Shown: one piece after another, positions 52,201-64,000 of the stretch
Layout: every line of letters starts with the position of its first letter
How positions within the stretch are numbered: the stretch's first letter is position 1
Assembly: GCA_032718475.1 (NCBI GenBank)
Contig: JAUCBJ010007758.1
Coordinates: forward strand, 1-64,000
DNA length: 64,000 nucleotides
DNA from: Nemertoderma westbladi
Taxonomy: Eukaryota; Animalia; Xenacoelomorpha
Direction: 5' to 3'
Position numbers and translations under genes: made by a program
The notes under the pieces: generated by a model
The model's database searches: none
Told to the model about the DNA's origin: nothing
What the model saw: only the letters and a program-made list of their open reading frames with translations

Positions 52201-55024
52201 GCTCTTCCGATCAGAGACTTGCTGAGGACTTTCAAAGTTAACAGTCAGAATTTTGGTCTTTCTGGAGTTAATAAAAAGTTTAAAAATTTACTTTAGGTAA
52301 AGTAGAAGCCACTGCTCTAATAACCATAGTGTTCTGATACTCATGAGACTTACCTAGCCAATCTAATTGTCTGCAGATCTCCTGGATCTCATCGGAAAAC
52401 TCGATAATTCCGCTACTAATAAACTTTCGGGGCGCTACTAACTTTGCATACAAGTACCCAGCGATATTATTCCTATTACCATACCTGATGTTTAGTGTAT
52501 CCCAAACTTGTCTTAATCCGTCTGGATGTCCAATAAACTTTAACGCCATTAACTTGGGAGATCCTTCCAAGCACTCGATGAGGTATCTAAGTTTTTCTCC
52601 ATTAGATAGTACAGAGTTCTGTATGTTATCTTTGTAATATTCATTAAAAGGTAACCATTTCATCTCATCTCCATTGAACTTGACGATCTCTCCCACCTTT
52701 ACCGCTTGCCGGGCTTCGGTTCTAGCCATTTGACGCGTAAAACTTTCTTGGGCCATCGTATTATTGAATATCGAGTTATCGGTATATAAATTTCTCGGAT
52801 TGTGATCCGTTCTATATGGAATATCATTATCAACAGGTCTATAATTACCCTTAATAGGGTTCACTACAGGGGTTTCTACTTCGCTAGCAGTATAGATGCG
52901 TGTAGGCTCCACACCTTGCGCATGAGATACTTCAGACCTAACGGGTTGACACATTGTTACAGAGGGTGGTGGTATACCCTTTTGGGTATTTACTAATTTA
53001 TCGCGCTCTAGCGCGATACTTTGCTGCATTTCTTGCAACTCTAGCTTACTTTCCCTTACTGTGCCCCTAAATTGCTGGACAGTCTCCTGCATCTGCCCGA
53101 GCAGGATATCCATTCCCCGTCGCCCCTCGTCCACCCATTCGACCGCCGAAGCGGGAGTCGCCAACGATGTAGCGGGCGGACGAGGGACAACGGGCGACAA
53201 ATTATGAATATTTCGCTCGGGGTCCAGGACCTGAACTGTCTCCTGGGCAGTTCTACGGGGCACAGGTAGCTTAGTGCTATGCAGAGGGAACTTAGCAGTT
53301 ACTTCAGGGAGCACAGGTGTGTCTATCACAGTAGGGGTGATTTCAAGAACAGGCCTAATTATTTCAGGCTCATCTACTATAGTAGGGAGTCTTTCTATTT
53401 TAATTATTTGGTCTATGGGTTCTGTGCTACCTAAATTGGTGCTATTTAGTTGCCTTCTAACAGCTGGAGGCAAATCAGGTAATTTCTGACGGTGGAATGT
53501 TCTTTTACGTCTGCTTAGACGAGATCTATTTCCCTTGCCTTCAGTATCGGTGGTATCGCCTTCCTCAGATGATGTATATCCCTGTCTTTTGGGAGTAGAT
53601 CGATTCATCATCTGCATATTACTAGCTGTTAACTGTTTATTTATGCAGTCTTGATTCTCCTGAATGTTTTCCAATTCTAATTGGATGGTTTCTTCAGCCG
53701 CCCTCCGTTCTGCTTCTGCTACTGCTATTTTTCTTTCCGCTTCGGCCGCAGCTGCCGCTTTTGCCTCTGCCGCTGCCGCCTTTGCCTCTGCCGCTGCCTC
53801 TGCCGCTTTTCTATCCGCTTCTGCCGCTGCCACTGCCGCTGCTGCTGTCTTTCTATCTTCTATACGTTTTTTCTTTACTTGTTCTTCCTTTTCTCTAGCG
53901 ATGCGGAGTTGTTCATCGAATTTAGCTTGATTCGCCGCTAACCTATCCACATCAATTGCATCCAACACAAGTTTGGCTCCTTCGCTATTAGGGCTAAGTC
54001 CCTCTAACCTTCTCCTCAACTCTGCATCTCCGACAAAGCGCTGATAGTCTGACAGATAGATGTCAATGGCATCCCTCTTATGCGGTTTCTCTGCCGTCGC
54101 TTCACTTTCCACTTGGGAAAAAGTAGCGTCTGTTGATTCTCCATGGGTTGAGCGCTCCTCCAACTGAGCTTTCCACTGAGCTGCTCCTTGAACCTGTCTG
54201 TTCACTCGTTGAAACCAAGTCTTTACGGCAACTTGCAACGACGTGTCTTGTCTTCTTTTAGAAGCCTCCTCAAAGGCTGATAAGATTAGCCTGATACGTA
54301 GAACTCTTTCTCTAACTTGATAAAGCAGCGATCCCTGCTCTTGAGGTCCTTGAGGTTGTTGAAAAAGTTGCCTTTCTATTCGCTCCATAGAGCTGAAGAA
54401 TCCCTGTGCGTATCCGGCTGCGGACCTCTTCCACACAGCTGGATCGATGGTTTCCTTGGCTACTCCCATCCGGTGTATGTCTTCCCAGGGAGCTTCTGAT
54501 AAATCAAACGGGAGTCCGGGTCCGGGGAAGTTCCATTGCGACTCGACAATAGACTTCAGTTCTTCACTAGTGTATCCCGCGTAGCTATCTCTAGTTGACC
54601 GTTGACTTCTCGCCCAATCGATCTGGTGTTCTTCCACCGCGATCAATAACCCAGCGAGCACGGCTGCAGGATAGATGAGAAGGGGATCCGTATAAACCGC
54701 ATCCGTCATCTCTGCTCCGCTCTCGGGTGTCAGCTCTACAGTATCCTCACTACTGGAGCTGCTGGGCCGCTGAGGAATAAGTTCTTGACTAGCGGGTTGT
54801 TGCTGTTCCGCTGCCTTTTGGTCCCGCTTGACCTGAGCTCGAGTGCCTATGATAGACCTACGATGTTGGACCAGCCTAGGTTCTGTTATTACTACTGGAG
54901 GGATGACCTTCCTCACAGTGGGAGGTGAACTGGATTTACGACCAGACGGTTGTACGTCTCTATCTGAGTCGCAGATAGTTACATCTAATAAACTGTCTGA
55001 CAGGTTCTGCTTAGTATCAGACAT
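46211..55024 (-). pseudogene. gag-pol: Y gag-pol (Gag-PR-RT-RNase H-IN), disrupted by a LINE insertion, a frameshift (~49140) and a break at ~46778
   Basis: ORFs 52280..55024, 49120..51510, 46778..49255 and 46211..46747. Motifs LLDSGS, YMDD, FGDAS, HAG..CIPC, GVDLFGP, SDKGTNF, GGSWERL and LTPAHFL give the BEL/Pao domain order. Confidence 0.97.
51550..52290 (-). mobile_element. 5'-truncated RTE-like LINE inserted in Y gag
   Basis: 10-bp TSD CTTTAGGTAA at 51540-51549 and 52291-52300; FCYLGS..LLYGS..W RT C-terminus; (TAG)3 tail. Excision restores ASTLPK|GGVGTRWDKK. Confidence 0.95.
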
Positions 55025-57225
55025 GACTAGGTATGTACAGTTGAATGCCTACTGCTATATTACAGTCTAAGCAAGTCTAGTAACTCAGTATGAACTGCTA
55101 GCCTAGTAATTAATTACCGTTACTGCTACTCAGTGTAGCGTGATATATATATAATATATTAGAATACCGGTATACTTATAGTATATATAACTATATAAGT
55201 ATTATTACAGACTAGGTTTATCACAGAATACCGGTATAATTTTAGCACAAATATATATAAATATATAATAGGCCTATCGGAATACCGGTATACAGCTTAC
55301 AGTTTGTAGGATATATAATTCTGAAATAGAATTAATTACAAGTACCGGTATAATTTCAGCCTAGATTTATAGAAATAAAGATAATAGGCCTATCGTAAAT
55401 ACCGGTATATCAATTATTTCAAATAATTGAATTTCTGTTACTTTAGGGTTACTTTGTTACTTTACTCACTTTATTACCGTTATTTGAGCAGTAATCCAAC
55501 TGATATTGAGACCTAATTGTTATATGGTAGGCCTACTATTTATAAATCGTTAGATTTGATTTATAATTTATATATACCCGTTTTAATGGGTTTTGTCAAT
55601 GTTTGAAATAAATGTTATTATTTCTGGGGGTAATCACTGCACAAAGCGGTGCGCTTTCAGTGAAGTGTTACTTATAGGACACTAAAACAAATAATGCTAA
55701 TTGACCTAAGTTACTTAATACTACAAATTACGTACGATTCGGGTTGAGATTACAATCTCTAAATAAACACAAAAATTTACAAAAAACACAAAATACGAAT
55801 TTTTAGGGTAATTTTACAAGAAGTCTACAAACCAGCCTAACAAAGGGTTAGAATCTGGTTATTACAACGAACAGGGTACTACGGTATTTGAAAATAATAA
55901 GTAGTAGTAAATACACTGCGTTGTCTAGATAGGAAAATACCACCGCCTGACGACCTAGAGCCGTATCGCTATAGGTTCTACGTTATGTATCACGGAGTGT
56001 TCCTACCTAGAAGTTAATAGAGCTAATCGAAGGTGCCTATCAACCACTTTACAACACAAATATAATGCCTACAATAATTACTTTCGGAAAGCACTGTACA
56101 CTAAACCCTAAATTAGGTACGAGTACTTGTACAACAGATAATCAGTAGTTAAATATACTTGAACAGCTAAAAGAACCACGGCATCTGCTGGAGTGACCGA
56201 TGCACAAAATCACCAGTCTTTACCTACGCCAAGCAGCCCGTGTAGTACCGAGGTTAATTTAACTATAGCGGTATGTATAACAAACACAATTACTGTAGGA
56301 ACAAACTTGGGGAATGAATGTTGCGAATAATCGCATAAACTCTGAATAATAAATATTACGCTACGCGTACAAACTACTCAAACAAAATGCAGACCAAATA
56401 CCGACAGACTACTATCAAGCCTAAACAAACTACGGTATATGCAGACTCCGAAATGATTAGGCAGTATGCGTTCTAACCCAGTAGTACGACTTATTCTTTA
56501 GCTGGGGGTTTACCTTACAGCGTTCGCTGCCCCTACTTCCTAACCGTACTCAATCGGACAGGTGCTCTACACACACTACAATCCGTTCAGACCTGATAAC
56601 AGCCAGACAATTATCCAGCCTACAAATTATCCAAATAAAATTATACGCTACCCGTACAGACTTACACAAACAAAGTACAGACTAAACGATGGCAGACTAC
56701 TCTCAAGCCTAAATAAACTACAGGACATGCAGACTCCGAAATGATTAGGGAGTATGCGCTCTAACCCAGTAGTGCGACTTATTCTTTAGTTGGGGGTTTA
56801 CCCTACAGCGTTCGCTGCCCCTACTTCCTAATCGTACTTAATCGGACAAGTGCTCTACACACACTGTAATCCGTTCAGACTTAACAGCAATCAGACAACA
56901 GCTCAGCCTACAAATTGTCTGCACAATCTGATCAGGCTTACACGCCTTCTGTTCAATACTGGCCTACAAACAAATAAAACTTGACAGAAATAAGTAAAAA
57001 TCTCAATAAAAAACCAGGGCTGCAGTCCCTGATTAATTATTAAGGCCTACTGGTATATAATAATCAAAATCGAATAATACTGCTGTACCTGTACTGCTGT
57101 AGGTACCGGTCCGGGTGGTTAGGTAGTCAGGCCTACTGGTACCGGTTCTGGCAGTTGGGCCTACTGACCTACAGATGTACCGGTTGACCGGTACTTTCAA
57201 CTTTATTGCTTACTGCAATAAAGAA

Positions 57226-57240
57226 ACATATATCCTTTAA
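57226..57240 (-). promoter_or_regulatory. Non-tRNA primer-binding site of Y (sense TTAAAGGATATATGT)
   Basis: 15/15 complementary to the LTR site at 57993-58007 (and 42415-42429); abuts the LTR end. Confidence 0.8.
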
Positions 57241-58432
57241 TGTTCGCGCTTTCAGACCTTTGGCAGTTTAACCCGCCAAATTATGATGTCTTCTAGATAT
57301 TAAATCGCTTTTCTGCCTACGACAAATATTTGATTCACTACACTAGTCGAAACCAATCCGTGCGCGACCATTCACCCGCTGGATATTCCCGGGAGATTGG
57401 GTTCGACGGTTTAATTTTATTGCTATGTAAGCCTAATGTATTATTCGACTGACAGTATTATATAATCTCTGACAATATTATTTACCTTCGGGAATATTAA
57501 CAGTTCCTTTAGGACGTGGCGCTTTATCTACATAAACAGAGTTATGACTTAAACTACTCACAACGATATGGCTTAATTATAATTCACATATATGGCGCAT
57601 TCTTTAGGAATGCTTCTTTAACAGACTCACTCATACACAATGCTGCACAATACTGCACACTAATCTGCCGATCTTCACTGATTTTAGTCACATATAAAAG
57701 AAACACAGACTGACTCATGTAGGGTCTATCAAATAACATTAGATTCACTTCAAACCACTTTAACATAAGTCACAATCGTTTATCTGTAACCTTTCTCTCT
57801 TACCTTCGGTATATCAAGAATATTGGGTTTCGGGGTATTTATCGTTATTCCAAATATAATAATTCATCCACAAATATAATGAATAACCGACAGTAAATAG
57901 CAGTATAAAACAACAACTGAACACTGATTGTTATGAGTTTGCAATGTTTCAGCAGTCAGTAGTATGCCGTGCGTTAGGTATGCAGTCCGCAGTTAAAGGA
58001 TATATGTCCTTATAATTAAACCTGCTAGTGTTAAACTAAAAAGCAGAAAAGCACAAAACACTATAAGCCGTTCTTTCGTGGCTTTGAAAAACTCGTGACT
58101 ACGAGAATACCAACTACACTTATTCCCCAAAGCTCCCGTTCAACACAGAGGATGAGCAGTGAGATAGGAATTTTCAGTTCAGTAGCTCAGGATTGGTTAA
58201 AATCCAGGATAACTCCAATTTCTATTGGAAGATACAAAAACAGGCTATGACGCAACCCTCTTAGGCTAGTTGGACGATTAACAGAGCCCAGATACCTGCA
58301 TCCCACAAATCAGCCAATAAGCTGGTAGCTTACACTATTTTAACTATAGATCACTTTGAGAGTATTCTTAGCGACTGGGGGGGAACTGGCCAACAAGGCA
58401 AACGAATCAGTTATCCCACAAAAGCTTTTACA
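57241..58432 (-). repeat. 5' LTR of Y
   Basis: Pairs with 41663-42854. Confidence 0.95.
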
Positions 58433-58499
58433 GAAGTACCGGTTCAGGTTTACCGGTTGACCGGTACTTTCAACTTTATTGCTTACTGCAATAAAGTCA

Positions 58500-58510
58500 A
58501 TGACTGTTAT
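58500..58510 (-). promoter_or_regulatory. Non-tRNA primer-binding site of X (sense ATAACAGTCAT)
   Basis: 11/11 complementary to the LTR site at 59265-59275 (and 27038-27048); abuts the LTR end. Confidence 0.78.
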
Positions 58511-59776
58511 TGTACGCGCTTTTGAAGACCTTTAGCAGTTTAACCTGCCAAAATTTATATGTCTTTTGGTTTATAAATATACTTTAGAAGAAGACAAATA
58601 TTTAATACCAATAAACACAACATTAGCAGAAGCCAGCCTAGTGCGCGTCCATTCACCCGCTGGATAATCCCGGGAGACTGGATTCTGTCGGCTTAAATTA
58701 TTATTGCAGTGAAGCTTACTGTATTGTATTATTCGATTGATCGTTAATAATTAATTTCTGACTAATATTATTTACTTTCGGGAAATATTAACAGTTCCTT
58801 TAGGACGTGGCGCTCTATCTAAGTAAACAGAGATATGACTTATACTAATCACAACGGTAAGTCGGTAAGGCTTAAGATTCACGTATGAGGCGCATTCTTT
58901 AAGAAATGCTTAGTTATCAATCACAATCATGCACAATACCGGTAACACACAATACCGCTCACTAATTTGCCGACCGTCAATGAATTTTATCATATATAAA
59001 GGGAATAGCAACGGACCAATGTAGTGCTTATTAAATAGCATTAAATTCACTACAAACCACAACAATATAAGTCGCAATCGCTATATATAACCCGTCTCTC
59101 TAACCTGTAGTGTATCAAAAAAAAGGGAAATTTGGGTTCTTTATATATGTTCTCCAAATGATATTCAACCAAACACAACAGTAAATAGCAGTATAATAAT
59201 GTATGTTAAACAGTAATAACAACAAAGTATTGAATTGTGAATGGAATTGTTAAGATTAGATTGGATAACAGTCATACGCTCTATAATTTAAGCCTACTAA
59301 TGTTTCTTATAAAAGTATGAAACGAATTGATTCTAGAGCCGTTGTTCCTGGCCTAGACAGCAATAACAACAAAGTATCAAGAAAAAAACAGTAAGACTGA
59401 ACACACTCCTTATGATTGACCGAAAAGCTACACGTCGACAGGAAAAATCGCTCTGATTGGCTCAAGCCAAACAAAGAACCATGCGTCCAATGGCTGTTTC
59501 CATGTCAGCAACCAGCTGTTAGATGTCGTAATATGAATCATCACGGCTAAGCTATGAAAGGTATTTGCCGCATTGCAGGTTTTTTGTCTTACCATGTCCG
59601 CTAATACACGTATATAGCAAAATGACTTTTATGTCCGTTAAAACACCTGTAACGGTACCTTGAGGGCGAGGGGAATATTTATACAGTTATAGAACCTTTT
59701 TAGAGTATTCCAGCATCTGGGGGGAAACTGGATTGCGAAGCAAAGGGGCCAGTTATATCTCACAGAAGCTTTTACA
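58511..59776 (-). repeat. 5' LTR of X
   Basis: Pairs with 26283-27549. Confidence 0.95.
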
Positions 59777-59781
59777 GATGC

Positions 59782-60804
59782 GTCCGTCCAATAGAATAAG
59801 GTCAATGTCGTGTCTAACTCCTTTATTATCTGCTTACTTACCTCGACTGAAACTACTGCCGCCTGTAACTCTGCACGAGGGACAGTCATGTATTTGACCG
59901 GCATTGTCTTTGATCTAGAAGTCACAAAGGCCGTCTCAAACTTGTCCTGACTTACCTCTCGGCGAAGGTAGGCTACCATACCAAAGCCGGTGTCACTTGT
60001 GTCACTGAATAAGTGGAGTTCGAGATCAGCTGGAAATACCAGCTGATTCGGAAAGTAGGATCGGGGCACATCTATATTTTTCAATAGATGTAACTCTGCT
60101 TCCCACTCTCTCCACTGCTTTGCATGTATAGGAGATATTGGTTCGTCCCACTCTAGGTCGGACAACCAAATTTTCCTCATGCACGCTTGTGCCTGTAATA
60201 TTACCGGACTGATAAAGTTCATCGGGTCAAATAGTCTACTCAATGTCGATAAGCAAATTCTCTTTGTCAAAATCTTGTCTGGGCTACTGGGCTCAAATCT
60301 AACTCTCACCTGGAACTTGTCCGTGTTCGGATTCCTAGCGAGTCCCAGTACTCGCGCCATGGGGATTGGTTCTACCCCCAATTCAATGTCTCCGCTCCCG
60401 CAATCTTTCACCGGGAACGATTCTAATAGGGCCTCCGAATTAGTAGTGAACTTGGTCAGAGGAAAACCCCCTGTTGCGAACCATTGGTTGATACCCATAG
60501 GTCTGGAAACCGGGCTCCGGGCTCTCGCTTCTGCTACACTACCCTCCCTATCACTCACCTCTGTCCGGGCTGCTGTGCAGTTCTTCCTTACAGTAGTGGT
60601 AGGGGATCCTAATACTATTACTGGTGTTCCTTGCTCTTCCTCACTAGTTACTGTCTTGTCCTCCTGTTCACTTACGTCAGCGTCGCTTGCTGCGTCGTCA
60701 TAGTCGGCATTGTCGTCAACAGTAATATTAACGCTATCGTCAGTCGGCGGTCCAGCCGCCGTCTCATAGCTGTCCTCTAGTGCCTCCTTGTCTGAGACAC
60801 TCAT
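59782..60804 (-). pseudogene. Host BEL element: putative gag N-terminus fused by deletion to RT-end/RNase H
   Basis: An acidic low-complexity N-terminus joins in frame to GGFPLTKF..FDPMNFISP..LFSDTS..VPRAEL..YWTDAS; continues at 26277. Confidence 0.85.
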
Positions 60805-63419
60805 AGTCTAAATAATGTTTTGCCTTCCGGCTAAAATCTCGCAAAATTTCGAGATTTAATTATAATTTAACCGAAAATACGGTCAAATTATTTGTCTAAT
60901 AATTAGTTGGTCCAAAATGTCAAATAAATTCGCAATGCAATATTGTGAATTTAATAGGATATAGTTATAGCAAATACTAGAACAATATTTAAACAAAATA
61001 TTATTATATAGCTATTATAGCATTTAAATACCGGTATAGCACAAAATAACCTTGAATCTAATACAAAAAACCATGGCCAGCTAAACCTAACTAACCTAAC
61101 TAATAAATTGAGTTCAGCTTCGCAGTTAAACAACCGGTAATTTTTTACTGCTTCCACAAACACAATGGTGCCAACAGGACAACTAACCTTGTTTGCTGTG
61201 AGATTCCACATCCGCGTCCAAAGATTCAGGCTCTTCGCTGATTGCGAACCGAACCCGCAGACCCACACGAACCCCAAACTCAGAAGTTCCGTCTTGCCAT
61301 CTATCTCCAGATGGTATAAAATAACTAAGCGGTTACCTAACATACCGGTACAAAACTCTAGATTTTACAAATAATTTTGACCGAAACTGAATTCTCGCAA
61401 ACCTAGCTAAAATTTTCAAAAAACTTACTAATTACAGTTTGCCCTAAGGGCCTAAGGAACTGCTGTATTCGCAATTAGCAAAAAACGCACTACCGTACAT
61501 CCACTGTACGCAATACAGTAAGTAAAACAGTACACCAACCTAACAGCCTAAAGAATACTGTATGTGGTACAGCAAAACAAATGTCCTTTCTACCGTACGC
61601 AGTAACAGCAATCAGCCTAATGCACTAATGTACTACTGTACTACTGCATGCGACCAATGAATACAGTAATCTAAACTAACAGCCTAAGAATACTCTATTT
61701 ACTGTACGCTACAGCCTACAGCAAACAAAATACACATTACTGATACGAAGTAACAGTAAATTAGCCTAATGTACTACAGTACTACTGCATGCAGCAGCAA
61801 AAGTACACATTACTGATAAACACGCGCGTTACCTATACTAACAGCAGAACTGTTGAACAGACAAATACCGGTATACTTCTCTGCCAACCTAATAAGTTCC
61901 CGCCTAACCAATAAGACACAAATACTGCTCTACTGTTAAATAAAGGTAATCAGGAGCGTGCTACTACTAAAACGTAGGGCTGCTAAATATAAAACCGCTA
62001 CTTACCGTTGGATGGCGCTAATCTGCCGTCTGCTAATATAATTTTACTAAATTTACACGGCTCCTGCAAAATCACTTGTTCCTTTCTCTACCGATCGCTC
62101 GACAGAGAGCTAACTGTTCGAATCTATGAGCCACGCGGGAATAACCAAAACAATAAACCCGAGTCGGCTCCCTAAGCTTACTTAAGACGAGTGTGAAAGA
62201 CATTACACTCAAGAGTATATTCTTACGCCTAATCTTACTGTTAAAGTACGCTAATGCCTATGTCTTTTCTAATCGCGAATACTGGGGGTTGCCTAAAGGA
62301 ATGTGTGAATGCGAGAATATTTAAATAATCAAAAATGGTACAGTACACTGTCTCGCGTGAGTAATATCGTTCTAGGTCTAAAACTTGCCTGCAGCTGGCT
62401 TTAGGCCAGAAAACTACTAGTGTGTTCCGCGTACCGAATAATGCGATCTAGCTTATTGCCCGCTAATGCAAATAACCGCTCAGCGTGAATAGTTTACGGT
62501 ACTCTAAATTATTACCTTAGCTACTCTCTGCTATGCTGCGTACTAATTCTTAATTTTACTAATTAATTACAGTCACAAATGTATAACAGCATACTAATTA
62601 CTAAGAGTTCCAGAATGCGTAATTCTAACTTATTACACAACAGGTTTCACTAGTAACAGTCTAAAAATACTGTATTACTTTGACCTAATTAGTAATTATT
62701 TACAGTAAACTAAGAAATAGAAATCAATCAAAGAGAAAAGAGCGCCTACCTAAGCATTCGTAATCATATGCACACTTCAGTAACACACCAATCAGCATTA
62801 GCAATCACAGTTTGCAATGTGCAATTCGCAATCGCACGATTCGCAATTTTGCAGTTTACAACTGTAATGTGTACAGGTCTTTCCCGGGTACATCCAGGCT
62901 TCCTAACTAACCCAATTCCTGCCCCCCTAATGCTACAAAATAGAGACAAAATCTGGATCATCAGCCCCTAATTACTGTACCAGCGAAATGGCCTTACGCT
63001 ACAGAGTAAACCGCCCGACCGCAACGGTAACCCCCCGCCAGCATTGCCCGCCTTTTGAATCCTCCGCACTCCCTTCGTCGCTAACCCCCCGATGCGCCCA
63101 CCGCCTACCGGCACCTTAGCCCTCCATTAGAATGAATAGCTACCGTAGCGGCGCATGCAAATCACAAAGTCTGACAGTTTCAGAAAATCCCGTAGGATTA
63201 TTGCGTCGAAAGGAATTACATAGAACCATTAACAAAAGGGGTAGAAATCATAGTTCCGATTGTAATTAGCAGTAATCGTTGGAATTGATTGAGAAACACA
63301 AGTGAGAATAATCTAATTAACGAATCATTCCAAGAAATCAATCGAAAAGGTAGAAATGCAGAAAATACGCACAAATTGTACTCCTAAACTTAACACAGAA
63401 TAATGAGATTGTGGTGGTG

Positions 63420-63610
63420 GTGAAAATGTACAGCTCTACCGGCAAACCGCCAATTTATAGGTGATTCGAGTGGGGTGATGCAATCGCTCTCTCATTGGCT
63501 CTCCAATCCGCGCTATCATTAGACCAACCTGGAAGCAGTTAGTCCAATAAGAAAGCCGGATTGTAGCCCTATTGCCCCCAAAACCCACAAAACGTCACCA
63601 TATAAGGTAA
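63420..63610 (-). promoter_or_regulatory. Pol II promoter-like cluster (TATA, CCAAT, CArG, CRE half-site), possibly U3 of the host element's 5' LTR
   Basis: Minus-strand TATAAA at 63459-63454, several CCAAT/ATTGG, CCATATAAGG at 63598-63607 and ACGTCA at 63592-63597. Confidence 0.4.
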
Positions 63611-63911
63611 TTTTGCCGGTGCTTAATTTAGCGGTACTAATAACATGATGCACAAACATTAATTTAGCGCAAGTATAGGAAATTAAGACCCGTGATAGCT
63701 AGCCCCATCAAGGCTAATAACAGCAAGCCTAAAATCCAGGGTCCAACTGAACTTGCTACCCTGGAACTATCTACTTATATCATATTACAAAATTACATAG
63801 GTAGGGCTACATACTATACAAAATGGATGAATTCAAAATATATGGGCGTTTCAATTTCCTTATCTAAATGTCACTGCGCTATTATGCCTTATCTAAATAA
63901 TTGTACTGCAT

Positions 63912-64000
63912 AACGGACTAATATGTGATACTATATAATGGACTAATATATTATACTGTATAATGGACCAATATATTATACTGTATAATGGCTAATAATG
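63912..64000. repeat. ~25-bp tandem repeat (TAATGGACTAATATATTATACTGTA) running off the window
   Basis: Three to four visible copies. Confidence 0.7.

Larger units (their letters stand above)
41663..58432 (-). mobile_element. BEL/Pao LTR retrotransposon Y nested in the X leader
   Basis: 1192-bp LTRs at 41663-42854 and 57241-58432; TSD GAAGT at 41658-41662 and 58433-58437. Confidence 0.97.
26283..59776 (-). mobile_element. BEL/Pao LTR retrotransposon X (contains nested element Y)
   Basis: Paired LTRs 26283-27549 and 58511-59776; TSD GATGC at 26278-26282 and 59777-59781. Removing X restores Z RNase H: ..FYWTDAS|LVLVYIAAD.. Confidence 0.95.

Noticed and set aside
59638-59776. C-terminal ~45 aa of the 388-aa ORF
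   Set aside because: Read-through into the inserted X LTR; the real continuation is at 26277.

Overview
Eukaryotic (invertebrate-like, AT-rich) transposon nest. Bases 1-10.4 kb hold LINE fragments, two Helentron/DINE-like (HINE) elements, a foldback element split by a CR1 insertion, and one genuine two-exon host gene (Ly6/uPAR three-finger, probably GPI-anchored). From 10,453 to the end the window is a nested stack of BEL/Pao LTR retrotransposons, which I label W, Z, X and Y. W (+) is interrupted in gag by Z (-, scrambled and chimeric). Z is interrupted in RNase H by X (-, 26283-59776, TSD GATGC). X is interrupted in its leader by Y (-, 41663-58432, TSD GAAGT). Y carries a LINE and a SINE. 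Main discovery: W, X and Y have no tRNA-type (TGG...) primer-binding site. In each, the 10-15 nt abutting the 5' LTR are instead the exact reverse complement of a site 430-500 nt inside that element's own LTR, and the two sites co-vary between elements. This is the signature of Tf1-like self-primed reverse transcription, here in BEL/Pao. These elements also carry a large non-env third ORF (shared Zn-finger module, DEDDy-exonuclease-like domain in Z, basic C-terminus) and ~2.2-kb leaders (ATG-depleted where counted, in W). The Z LTR holds an array of structured repeats with spacers matching its own third ORF. All comparisons were made by eye.
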